From a virus: DNA of 64,000 nucleotides. The stretch lies in IMG/VR virus record IMGVR_UViG_3300021168_000013; one strand, written 5' to 3'. Position numbers and translations under genes: made by a program. The notes below the pieces were generated by a model. The model saw nothing but the letters and a program-made list of their open reading frames with translations. It did not search any database and was not told where the DNA came from. Of the stretch, positions 38,768 to 48,161 are shown piece after piece; position 1 is the first letter of the stretch; every line of letters starts with the position of its first letter.

Positions 38768-39952
38768 ATGGCAAAAGAAAAAACAAAAGGAAAGTCCGTT
38801 CATTTAGATACAGAACCAACCGCAGAAAGAGATGAATTATTATCTTCACTTGCCGATGAATTAAATAAAAATGACAAGGGTGGAGATAAATCAGCATTCT
38901 TCTTGGACACCAAGGAAGACGCATCGGCAATTAGTGATTGGATCACTACTGGAGCATCTACTCTGGATTTAGCAATTTGTAATAGACCACATGCTGGATT
39001 ACCAGTGGGAAGAATGGTTGAATTAACTGGGTTGGAAGGAACGGGAAAGAGTATGATGGCTGCACATATTATTGCTGCCACACAGAAAAAGGGCGGCAAG
39101 GCGATTATGATCGATACAGAAAATTCTTCTGCGCCAGAATTCTGGGAAAGTTTGGGAGTGAATATTTCCAAATTATTGTACATTCAGAAAGAGACAGTCG
39201 AAGAAATTTTTGACACTATTGAATCCGCAATTGCATATATTCGCAAAAATGAAAAAGACCCATTGGTAACGATTATTGTTGACAGTGTGGCAGGAGCATC
39301 AACCAAAGCTGAATTAGAGAGTGATCATGGTAAAGATGGATATGCTACTGGTAAGGCTATTATTATTAGTAAAGCTATGCGTAAAATCACCAATATGATT
39401 GGTAAACAAAGAGTATTAATTGTTTACACAAATCAATTGCGTCAAAATTTGAAAGCTATGGCATTTTCCGATCCATGGGTTGTTTCTGGTGGAAAAGCAC
39501 TGGCATATCATTGTAGTGTGCGTGTCAGATTAAGTAACTTAGGTAAGATCAAAGATAAAAATAACGAAGTTATCGGTGTTAAATGTAAAGCCGAAGTTAA
39601 GAAAACTCGTTTTGGCCCCGGAAATAGATCGGCTGAATTTGAAATCTATTACGATAGTGGTATCGCAGATTATGTAAGTTGGTTGAGTGTATTGAAAAAG
39701 AAAAGCTTAATCAAACAAGGTGGTGCATATTATACATTCACCAAGAAATCTGGAGAAGAAGTAAAATTCTCATCAAGAGAGTTCGTGGAAAGTATGCACT
39801 CAAATCCTGAACTTAGAGAAGAGATATATAGTACTATATGTGATGCGGTTATCATGGAATACAAGAAACCAAATAGCGTAGTATTTGAAGATGTCACAGT
39901 TGATACGGAAGAAGAGGAAGAATCCGTCGAGGTCATCGAAGATAATGGATAA
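38768..39952 (+). CDS. recA: RecA/UvsX-like recombinase
   Basis: ITTGASTLDLAI, Walker A GLEGTGKS, IIVDSVAG, NQLR, SGGKALAYHCSVR, KTRFGP. Confidence 0.95.
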   Translation: MAKEKTKGKSVHLDTEPTAERDELLSSLADELNKNDKGGDKSAFFLDTKEDASAISDWITTGASTLDLAICNRPHAGLPVGRMVELTGLEGTGKSMMAAHIIAATQKKGGKAIMIDTENSSAPEFWESLGVNISKLLYIQKETVEEIFDTIESAIAYIRKNEKDPLVTIIVDSVAGASTKAELESDHGKDGYATGKAIIISKAMRKITNMIGKQRVLIVYTNQLRQNLKAMAFSDPWVVSGGKALAYHCSVRVRLSNLGKIKDKNNEVIGVKCKAEVKKTRFGPGNRSAEFEIYYDSGIADYVSWLSVLKKKSLIKQGGAYYTFTKKSGEEVKFSSREFVESMHSNPELREEIYSTICDAVIMEYKKPNSVVFEDVTVDTEEEEESVEVIEDNG

Positions 39953-41012
39953 TCTAACAAACACTGATAAGAGTCATTTATTCTCGTTGTTTGAGAATAT
40001 GGACAAGGAAAACGGTTTCACTGGACTTCAAAAATCCAGTGATTCCGACATTTTACTGATTGATTTCTATAATTTATTTATAAGATCATTCATGGCAATA
40101 CCAACATTGAATGACAATGGAATCCATGTCGGTGGTATTGCTGGATTTCTTAAAACATTGGGAGCGGCAATCAAATTATTGACTCCATCAAAGGTTATCA
40201 TTGTTGTGGACGGTAAGGGTGGCAGTCTAAAACGTAGAAGTATTTATCCCGAATATAAATCCAATAGAAAAACAAGTGTCAGATTTAATAGAAGTTATGA
40301 GGAATTATCAAGTGCGGAGTTAGAAGAACAAGGATTAAAGAAGCAATTATTTAGAGCGGTATCTTATTTAAATACATTACCTGTAAAGATTATAGCCATA
40401 GACAATGTAGAAGCCGATGACGTTATTGCATATCTTGCTGTTGACTATTATAAAACCAAGAATGTATATATAGCATCATGCGATAAAGACTTCCTTCAAC
40501 TTGTCAATGATAGAATTAAAGTGTGGAGTCCAAGTAAGAAAAAATTATATGGATGTGCTGAAATTTTTGGAGAATATGGTGTATCATGCCAAAACTTCAT
40601 ATTTTATAGAACATTGGAAGGGGATGCCAGTGATAATATTGACGGTATTAGAGGAGCGGGATTGAAAACTGTATTAAAATGTTATCCGTTCCTTGCTGAT
40701 GCAAAGAGGTCTACATTAGAAGAGATATTCAATTACAGTGATAATCATAAAGGAAAACTCAAGTTATATGACACGGTATTAGCCAATAAAAATATAGTAG
40801 AGCGTAATTATAAATTAATGCAGTTAACAGAATCGATAATACAAGATTTTAGTCAATTGCGTATTAACGATGTTATGAATACTCCTGTCAACAGACTTAA
40901 TAAATTACAATTCTTTAAATTGGTTGGGGAAGATAAGATGCGAAACAATCTTGAGAACAGTACAGTATGGCTTACGGAGTGTTTTGGTAAGCTTGATTTC
41001 ATGCAAAAGTAA
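39945..41012 (+). CDS. 5'-3' exonuclease / flap endonuclease (T4 RNase H-like)
   Basis: IDFYNLFIR, DGKGGS..R...YPEYKSNR, EADDVIA, DKDFLQL, GDASDNIDGIRGAG; ATG at 39945 overlaps the recA end. Confidence 0.93.
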   Translation: MDNLTNTDKSHLFSLFENMDKENGFTGLQKSSDSDILLIDFYNLFIRSFMAIPTLNDNGIHVGGIAGFLKTLGAAIKLLTPSKVIIVVDGKGGSLKRRSIYPEYKSNRKTSVRFNRSYEELSSAELEEQGLKKQLFRAVSYLNTLPVKIIAIDNVEADDVIAYLAVDYYKTKNVYIASCDKDFLQLVNDRIKVWSPSKKKLYGCAEIFGEYGVSCQNFIFYRTLEGDASDNIDGIRGAGLKTVLKCYPFLADAKRSTLEEIFNYSDNHKGKLKLYDTVLANKNIVERNYKLMQLTESIIQDFSQLRINDVMNTPVNRLNKLQFFKLVGEDKMRNNLENSTVWLTECFGKLDFMQK

Positions 41013-41132
41013 AACGGAAGAAGTGATTATATGTTCGACGAATTTTAATCATCTACTTCAGTTATAATACTTCTACCGTCTAATAATAAATATATAAAAC
41101 ACACATCAAATTACAAAATATATTTCATAAAA

Positions 41133-41166
41133 AAATCCCGATAATTACCTTATCGGGATTTCGTTT
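41133..41166. terminator. Bidirectional terminator between convergent genes
   Basis: aaatcccgataa-ttacc-ttatcgggattt perfect 12-bp stem with A-run on the left and T-rich sequence on the right. Confidence 0.8.
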
Positions 41167-41186
41167 TAATATTTATATATTACGCA

Positions 41187-42062
41187 TTAACCTCTCCAAT
41201 CTCTTGGCGGATTAGCATATTTCTTGGTAAAACTTGATGGAAAGGAAACCTTACTCTCGTTACCAAGAGGAACTCCCATTTCCAATAAAGATTCACGACT
41301 GGCATAATAAATGTCATGGGAGAATAATGGAATGCCTTTCTTGAATTCAACTTCCTTGACTTTACTTTCTTTTGCTTTTCCCCATTCTGTTCCCATATCA
41401 AATCCACGAGACTTAACATCTGCGGTCAAGTTGGAACTTCTTAGACACTGACTAAAATCCATTGATGTATCACATATATTACTGTTATTACTGCAATAAT
41501 ATGAAGCATTCACAACATTATTACATATATTACCCATAGAATTTACAGAATGCATTGCTGCGTTATATCCAGTATTATATGTTCCCCCACTATTGGATGT
41601 GAATGTATTGAAGTAATCAATATTTGGATTTCTGGTAGTATATGATGGATAGTTATACACTGTAATAGGGATTGGTGGAAGTATTTCTGAAAACAATCTA
41701 ATACCAATTACTCCGACATTTTCTCCTTGACCTTTACCATCAGCATATGATTTGTTTTTGGCAGCAAATTTGAATGCCCCAACCTTTTCATCACTATATC
41801 TGAATCCCTTAATTCTCAATGAATCATATCCATTTATGACATAGCCGTTGCTATCTTCCGTAGCAGTTTCTCCAGTTAATACATCTAATCCATCTACAGA
41901 TGATACAGCTAAAATTCTTGTCCATGAACCATTATTTATTTTAATTTCGTATTCAGAATTATCTTTAGCTTCGATGAATTTCTTACCCTCGTGGGTGTAT
42001 TGTTTGCAAGTGTTTCCATTGACTAATACATCAACGGAATACAAAGTATTGTTTATACTCAT
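41187..42062 (-). CDS. Hypothetical protein on the opposite strand within the replication module
   Basis: 291 aa; YEIKINN..RILAVSSVDGLDVLTG...GYVI...NVGVIGIRLFSE...MGTEWG; flanked by a terminator and its own leader. Confidence 0.75.
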   Translation of the reverse strand: MSINNTLYSVDVLVNGNTCKQYTHEGKKFIEAKDNSEYEIKINNGSWTRILAVSSVDGLDVLTGETATEDSNGYVINGYDSLRIKGFRYSDEKVGAFKFAAKNKSYADGKGQGENVGVIGIRLFSEILPPIPITVYNYPSYTTRNPNIDYFNTFTSNSGGTYNTGYNAAMHSVNSMGNICNNVVNASYYCSNNSNICDTSMDFSQCLRSSNLTADVKSRGFDMGTEWGKAKESKVKEVEFKKGIPLFSHDIYYASRESLLEMGVPLGNESKVSFPSSFTKKYANPPRDWRG

Positions 42063-42223
42063 ATTTTTATCTTTCTTTAATTTAGTAGTTATTAAAAAAG
42101 CCGCTCATACTGCGGATTTCTTACCTATACATATAACTCAAATAATAAAAAAAATCGAAAATAAACAATATATTAACTTTTTTATATCTCTATATAGTGT
42201 ATAATATGATATCTATTGAAATT

Positions 42224-43603
42224 ATGAATGACAAAATTATTGACTCCTTGAAAAAATACGGTAATGAATTCCAAGTAAAATGTATCTCCGGCCTCCTAAG
42301 TGATAAATCCTTTATAGAAAGATTGAGTGATATTCTCGATCCCGAAGCTTTTGAAAGTGACGCCCATAAATGGATTGTTAAGAATATATTAACTTACTTT
42401 ATGGAATTTAAACAGATTCCGACACTTACCGCATTTAAAGTTGGATTTGAATCTATTGAAAATCCATTATTAAAAGAAGCAGTTAAAGGACAACTATTCT
42501 TGGTATATCAAAAACTTTCGGAAACTGATTTGGCGTTTGTTAAAGAACAATTTCTTGAATTTTGTAAGAACCAAAAAATTAAGGCGGCATTAATTGAAGG
42601 TGTGGAATTAATGAAATTAGGACAATACGATAAAATCAAAAAGTCTTTTGATGACGCCCTCAAAGCTGGTATGGAAAGAAATGTTGGTCATGATTACTTA
42701 AATGAAATTGACGCACGTATGAGTGTCATGGCTAGAAGCAGTGTTAAAACCAATTGGCTTGAAATTGATACTTTGTTGGACGGTGGATTAGCCAAAGGAG
42801 AATTAGGTATTATTGTTGCTCCAGCGGGGATTGGTAAGAGTTGGCTGTTAGCAAAAATTGGAGCAGAAGGTATGAGACAAGGATTGAACGTGTTACACGT
42901 CACTCTTGAGTTGAATGAAAACTATGTGGGTTTGCGTTATGATAGTTGTTTTACTGGAATAGATTTCCAAAAGATCAGAAATAACGTTGACTTGGTTAAG
43001 AACAAAATTGCCACTATTACTGGTAAACTATTCATTAAATATTTTCCAATCAAAACTGTATCCGCTAATAGTCTCAAATTACATGCCGAGAGATTACAGT
43101 TGCTTGGAACCAAAATTGATTTGATGATTGTGGATTATGCCGATATCTTGCGTCCAGCAGCTTCTGATAAGAATAGCAATAGTTATAGTGAAGCTGGCGG
43201 TATATATGAGGAATTGAGAGCAGTTGCTGGAGAACTACAAATTCCTATATGGAGTGCATCTCAAGCTAACAGAAGTGCGGCAGAGGAAGATATTGTTATG
43301 GCACATCATGCCGCTGATAGTTATAGAAAAATCATGACAGCGGACTTCGTTATGAGTTTGTCAAGAAAAACCGCAGACAAAGTAGCAAATACCGCACGAG
43401 TTCATGTAATCAAGAACAGATTTGGTGCAGATGGTATTACATTCCCTTGTAGAATGAATGCAAGTTGTGGTGATATTCAAATATTCAGTGAAGCTTCTAG
43501 AGAAGGAGCGGCTGTTTTAAATGAAATGAGTCAGGAAGAAAATATAGTCAAAAAAATGATGTTCAATAAGTATAAAGATTTGATGGAACCGACAGACGAA
43601 TGA
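42224..43603 (+). CDS. dnaB: Replicative DNA helicase, DnaB / T4 gp41-like
   Basis: Walker A APAGIGKS, VTLEL, IVDYADIL, SQANR, ADSY..IMTAD, IKNRFG. Confidence 0.95.
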   Translation: MNDKIIDSLKKYGNEFQVKCISGLLSDKSFIERLSDILDPEAFESDAHKWIVKNILTYFMEFKQIPTLTAFKVGFESIENPLLKEAVKGQLFLVYQKLSETDLAFVKEQFLEFCKNQKIKAALIEGVELMKLGQYDKIKKSFDDALKAGMERNVGHDYLNEIDARMSVMARSSVKTNWLEIDTLLDGGLAKGELGIIVAPAGIGKSWLLAKIGAEGMRQGLNVLHVTLELNENYVGLRYDSCFTGIDFQKIRNNVDLVKNKIATITGKLFIKYFPIKTVSANSLKLHAERLQLLGTKIDLMIVDYADILRPAASDKNSNSYSEAGGIYEELRAVAGELQIPIWSASQANRSAAEEDIVMAHHAADSYRKIMTADFVMSLSRKTADKVANTARVHVIKNRFGADGITFPCRMNASCGDIQIFSEASREGAAVLNEMSQEENIVKKMMFNKYKDLMEPTDE

Positions 43604-43719
43604 TGTATAGTTTTAAAAATTCAAAAGTGATAATTTTTTTAAAAAAAGTTTCACACATTTGGTATTTTTGACATAACTAAAATATAGTTATTTCTTGCCT
43701 ACATTGGAGAAGAAAAAAT

Positions 43720-46635
43720 ATGATTATAACAGATAAATTTGCAAACAAATATAAAAATAAACAGCCTAATTGGGGATTTAATGGACTAGGATATATAGTA
43801 TACAAAAGAACTTATTCAAGATTGAAAGAAAACGGGGAAACCGAGGAATGGTATGAAACGGTACAAAGATGTATAAATGGAGCACAAGATATTGGTGCGG
43901 ATTATACACAAGAGGAAGCGGAAAAATTATATGATTTAATCTTCAATTTTAAATGTAATTTTGCTGGAAGAATGTTATGGCAACTTGGTACACCTACCGT
44001 TAAACGTTGGGGGGCCAATAGTTTACTTAACTGTCTACGAGGAACAACAAGAGTACTAACCAGACAAGGATGGAAAGAAATTCATACATTGGTTGATAAA
44101 ACAGTTGAAATTGTTACTAAAAATGGAAAATGGGTAAATGCTCCATTTAAATCTTATGGAAAACAAAATTTAATGAAAGTTGTTTTCGAAGATCGGTATG
44201 GTAATATTGAGGAAGTATACGCCACTAAAAATCACAGATGGTTTTATTTGGATAAGAATCATAATTCTATAGAAACCACAACAGAAGAATTGCAGACGGG
44301 AGTTAAAATACCAGTAATACGAGGAAAAAATTCATCAAAAGGATTAAGCCCACAAGGAATCCAACATGGTTTGGTTTTTGGTGATGGATCATGTAACGGA
44401 TATGAATCCTTCGTTGATTTGATAGATAATACTTATGATGAATGTGCTAATTATTTTAATTTGAATAGGATAAGTTGGACAAATCCCGATAATAGCAGAC
44501 ATGTTAGATATGGTGGAATGCCAAATTACTATAAATCCCTTCCGAATATCAATGAAAATAAACAATATTTGTCTGGATTCTTGGCGGGATGGATAGCCGC
44601 TGATGGAAGTGTGAACAAAAGTAATGGTAGGATTAGATTATTTAATCGTGATAAAGAAGTTTTAATGTTTGCTAAAGATGTTGCTGCTGTGTTGGGATAT
44701 AGAACATCGGAGCCATATTTAGAAAGGGATCATAATCCGTTTGATTTGGATGATGAATCTTGTGAATTATGGTCGATAACTTTTTATACATCCGATAACC
44801 CACATCATTTGATTATAAGAAAAGATCATCTATCTAAATTAAATGATTTTGATAGGGATTATAATAATTGGACAAAGGTTATAAAGGTTGAAACTACGGA
44901 TTTAAATGAAGAAGTTTTCTGTGCCGAAGTTCCCGAAACACATTCTTTTGTTATTCAAGGTAATATTTTAACAGGAAACTGTTGGGCAGTCGCTATGAGA
45001 GAACCAAAAGCCTTTTTATTCTTATTTGAGAATTTAATGCTTGGTGGTGGAGTGGGATATAGCATTCGTCGTGAAGATGTTCATGAATTACCAAAGATTA
45101 AAGTGGATGTAACAGTATCACATCAATATACAAAGGATGCCGATTTGATAGTTCCTGATAGTAGAGAAGGATGGGTTAAATTACTGGAAAATGTTTTAAA
45201 TGCGTATTATGTAACTGGCAAATCATTCTCTTATTCAACCATATTGATAAGAGGAGCAGGAGAGCCAATTCACGGTTTTGGTGGTAAGGCAAGTGGTCCA
45301 GCAATCTTGGTAGAGGGTATATCAAAAATTGGTTCTATCTTTAAATCCAGAGAGGGAAAGAAACTACGTAGTATTGATGTGCTTGATATCTGTAACATTA
45401 TTGGAAGTGTAGTCGTTGCTGGTAATGTCAGAAGAAGTGCTGAAATTGCATTAGGTGATCCCGATGATATTCTTTATCTCAGAGCAAAAAATTGGAGCAG
45501 TGGCAATGTTCCAAATTGGAGAGGTATGAGTAACAATACTATATATGCCGATGATTTTGATCATATTATGAATGAAATCTGGGAAAATGGATACATATTG
45601 GATAAAGAAACAGGAATGGCCAAAGGTGAACCTTATGGATTTTTCAATCTTCCATTATCTCAAAAGTTTGGTAGAATTAAAGATGGCCCAATTAAAGATA
45701 ATAAGATGTACCCAACAAATGTTGATAATTGTGAAATGACAAATCCCTGTGCCGAGATTAGTCTAAGCAATTATGAATGTTGTAATCTTTGTGAATTATA
45801 TCTTAATAATATAGAAAACAAGGAAGAATTGATTGACTGTGCCAAATTGTTGTATAAGACACAAAAGGCTATATCCGCACTTCCATTTATTCACGAAGAA
45901 ACCAATAAGATTGTTCATAAGAATATGAGACTTGGTTTAGGTGTCACAGGAATCTGTCAATCACTTGACAAGGTTGATTGGTTGGATGATTGTTATGTTG
46001 CATTGAGAAAACTTGACAAACAATGGAGTAAGGAAAAAGGTCATCCTGAGAGTATCAAGCTTACCACAATTAAACCTAGTGGAACATTGAGTCTATTAGG
46101 TGGAGCAACACCCGGTGTGCATCCAGCTTATAGTCAGTATTATTTTCGAACGGTTCGCATGGCAAGCAGTGATAAATTAGTACAGATTTGTAAGGATTTG
46201 GGATACCATACTGAATATTTATTGAATTTTGATGGTAGTGAGGATAGAGGCACCGTTGTAGTATATTTTCCATGCGAAACTCCATCTAATGCAATCTTGG
46301 CAAAGGATATGGATGTTATCAAACAATTGGATATGGTAAAGAAGTTACAGAACATATGGAGTGATAATGCCGTAAGTGTTACAGCATATTACAAGGAAGC
46401 CGAACTTCCTGCGTTAAAAAACTGGTTATCAGATAATTATAAGAACCATGTAAAGAGTGTAAGTTTTCTTTTGCATAAAAAACATGGATTTAAACAGGCT
46501 CCTTATCAAGAAATCGATAAAGAAACATATGATAAAGCCAAAAGTCTAGTAAAATCACTTAATAACATAAAAATTGGTGGAGGAGAAATTATTCAAGGGT
46601 TAGAATGTGAAGGTGGAGCCTGTCCTATTCGATAA
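43720..46635 (+). CDS. nrdJ: Class II (AdoCbl-dependent, monomeric RTPR-type) ribonucleotide reductase with intein
   Basis: KRTYSR, SLLN|CW, GNVRRSAEI, TNPCAEI, ECCNL, TTIKPSGT, C-terminal ECEGGACPIR. Confidence 0.95.
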   Translation: MIITDKFANKYKNKQPNWGFNGLGYIVYKRTYSRLKENGETEEWYETVQRCINGAQDIGADYTQEEAEKLYDLIFNFKCNFAGRMLWQLGTPTVKRWGANSLLNCLRGTTRVLTRQGWKEIHTLVDKTVEIVTKNGKWVNAPFKSYGKQNLMKVVFEDRYGNIEEVYATKNHRWFYLDKNHNSIETTTEELQTGVKIPVIRGKNSSKGLSPQGIQHGLVFGDGSCNGYESFVDLIDNTYDECANYFNLNRISWTNPDNSRHVRYGGMPNYYKSLPNINENKQYLSGFLAGWIAADGSVNKSNGRIRLFNRDKEVLMFAKDVAAVLGYRTSEPYLERDHNPFDLDDESCELWSITFYTSDNPHHLIIRKDHLSKLNDFDRDYNNWTKVIKVETTDLNEEVFCAEVPETHSFVIQGNILTGNCWAVAMREPKAFLFLFENLMLGGGVGYSIRREDVHELPKIKVDVTVSHQYTKDADLIVPDSREGWVKLLENVLNAYYVTGKSFSYSTILIRGAGEPIHGFGGKASGPAILVEGISKIGSIFKSREGKKLRSIDVLDICNIIGSVVVAGNVRRSAEIALGDPDDILYLRAKNWSSGNVPNWRGMSNNTIYADDFDHIMNEIWENGYILDKETGMAKGEPYGFFNLPLSQKFGRIKDGPIKDNKMYPTNVDNCEMTNPCAEISLSNYECCNLCELYLNNIENKEELIDCAKLLYKTQKAISALPFIHEETNKIVHKNMRLGLGVTGICQSLDKVDWLDDCYVALRKLDKQWSKEKGHPESIKLTTIKPSGTLSLLGGATPGVHPAYSQYYFRTVRMASSDKLVQICKDLGYHTEYLLNFDGSEDRGTVVVYFPCETPSNAILAKDMDVIKQLDMVKKLQNIWSDNAVSVTAYYKEAELPALKNWLSDNYKNHVKSVSFLLHKKHGFKQAPYQEIDKETYDKAKSLVKSLNNIKIGGGEIIQGLECEGGACPIR
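44032..44979 (+). mobile_element. Intein with LAGLIDADG homing endonuclease (316 aa, codons 105-420)
   Basis: Starts CLRGTTRVLTRQG, ends VFCAEVPETHSFVIQGNILTGN followed by Cys; GLVFGDGS and GFLAGWIAADGS motifs. Confidence 0.95.
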
Positions 46636-46700
46636 AATTAACAAAACATAGTTATTATGTATGTTTCGATTAATTTAATAATATTTATTGTTACATTTGT

Positions 46701-47327
46701 ATGAATATTACCCCTGATGTATTGCAACATACTCAGCAAGTTACGGAATATATTGCCGCCATAGTCACAGCAGCAGTCACCATTCTTGCTTTTTTAGTGA
46801 AGTATGGACCCAAAATCATCAACCCAATAATTGCGCACATTAAAGAGCGAATTAAAATGGTTGAGACGTTAAAGATTATCCATGCCGAATTAACTCCTAA
46901 TCACGGCACATCCTTAAAAGACAAAATCACCAATATGCAGAGGGAATTGGTGGTTAACACAGAACTAACTCAAGAAAACACTGACATGTTAAAAGTTTTG
47001 AGCGCGAGGCAACAATGGATACTTGACATGCAAAAGGCTCCTATATTTGAGTCAGACTCCGAAGGATATTGTACATGGGTTAATGATGCATATGCTGAAT
47101 TGGTAGGTAGGGATAAAGATGATATATTGGGTAATGGATGGAAGAACTTAATACATGAGGATGATAGATATAGGGTAATAGCTGAGTGGGATAGGGCTGT
47201 AACAGAAGAAAGAAGTAGTCAATCCACATATAGAATCATGTCTAAAAACGGAAGAGTTCATGAAGTTGAATGTTATGCTACTAAACATAAAAATAACGGA
47301 TATTCAGGTAGGCTTAAACTAAAATAA
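46701..47327 (+). CDS. Membrane-anchored PAS-domain protein
   Basis: TM IAAIVTAAVTILAFLV, coiled coil with PNHGTSLKD, then FESDSEGYCTWVNDAY..LVG....ILGNGWKNLIHEDD (PAS_3-like). Confidence 0.82.
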   Translation: MNITPDVLQHTQQVTEYIAAIVTAAVTILAFLVKYGPKIINPIIAHIKERIKMVETLKIIHAELTPNHGTSLKDKITNMQRELVVNTELTQENTDMLKVLSARQQWILDMQKAPIFESDSEGYCTWVNDAYAELVGRDKDDILGNGWKNLIHEDDRYRVIAEWDRAVTEERSSQSTYRIMSKNGRVHEVECYATKHKNNGYSGRLKLK

Positions 47328-47364
47328 TGTGTATATTTCATTATTTTCATGATATTTATATTAT

Positions 47365-48069
47365 ATGAACAAGGCACAGTTACAGGGATTAATTAAAGAA
47401 GTAATGGAAGATATGTCAAAACAAGCTTTAAAAGCCAAACTTAAAAAGCTTGTTGTTGAGTCTATGGAAGAGATCAAGTATGAAAAGGAAGATACTGTTG
47501 TCGAAGACATGGAAGCCATCGAAAAAATTGCCAAAGAATATAATAAAGATGCAACTGTTAAATTAGGTGATGACAAAAATTATTGGATTAACGAAACTGT
47601 ACCGCATAAATTTCACATCAGACCACAAAGCGAAGGCGTGTATGACGTACAATATTTTAAAGATGACACGGACAGAACCAAAAAATTGAATTTAAAATTT
47701 GAAGAATTAAAGAAATTTATCAAAGACACATTATCAAACAAAGACCTCAATTACGTCAAAACCGCATATAACAAAACCGCAGGAAACAGTGAAGATCAAA
47801 TTGAAAAAGGCGAAATCCCAACACATCACAAATTCGTAAAGAAAGAAGTTAAAGACACAAAGAACGATAATAAAGATTATACTGAACCAATGGTTAAAAA
47901 CGAAAAAGACTTACAAGATAAACCAATGTATGCCGTTGAAAAATTTGAAAAACAATCCGATCATTCAATCAAAGGCACAAAACCAGATTACACATATCCA
48001 AAACAAAAAGACAAAAAACTCTTAATCAAATTAAAAGCGTACAGAAACAAAACAAGAAAAAAAGACTAA
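47365..48069 (+). CDS. Highly charged hypothetical late protein
   Basis: 234 aa, Lys/Glu/Asp-rich; late-type motif 4 nt upstream. Confidence 0.7.
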   Translation: MNKAQLQGLIKEVMEDMSKQALKAKLKKLVVESMEEIKYEKEDTVVEDMEAIEKIAKEYNKDATVKLGDDKNYWINETVPHKFHIRPQSEGVYDVQYFKDDTDRTKKLNLKFEELKKFIKDTLSNKDLNYVKTAYNKTAGNSEDQIEKGEIPTHHKFVKKEVKDTKNDNKDYTEPMVKNEKDLQDKPMYAVEKFEKQSDHSIKGTKPDYTYPKQKDKKLLIKLKAYRNKTRKKD

Positions 48070-48085
48070 TATACCCTTTAACCCG

Positions 48086-48117
48086 AAGGCTGAATGTAAA
48101 AAATTCAGCCTTTTTTT
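48086..48117 (+). terminator. Rho-independent terminator
   Basis: aaggctgaat-gtaaaaa-attcagcctt followed by a T-run. Confidence 0.82.
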
Positions 48118-48126
48118 ATTTTATGC

Positions 48127-48155
48127 TTGACTTTGTATATATTATAATATAGAAT
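48127..48155 (+). promoter_or_regulatory. Sigma70-type promoter giving a probably leaderless AAA transcript
   Basis: TTGACT-N17-TAGAAT with ATG 7 nt after the -10 box. Confidence 0.6.
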
Positions 48156-48161
48156 ATTAGT

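Noticed and set aside
43672-43690. NrdR box upstream of nrdJ (ataacta-aaata-tagttat palindrome)
   Set aside because: The C-to-G spacing is one base longer than the 16-bp NrdR consensus and there is only one copy. It could still be a phage operator, but this is unsupported.
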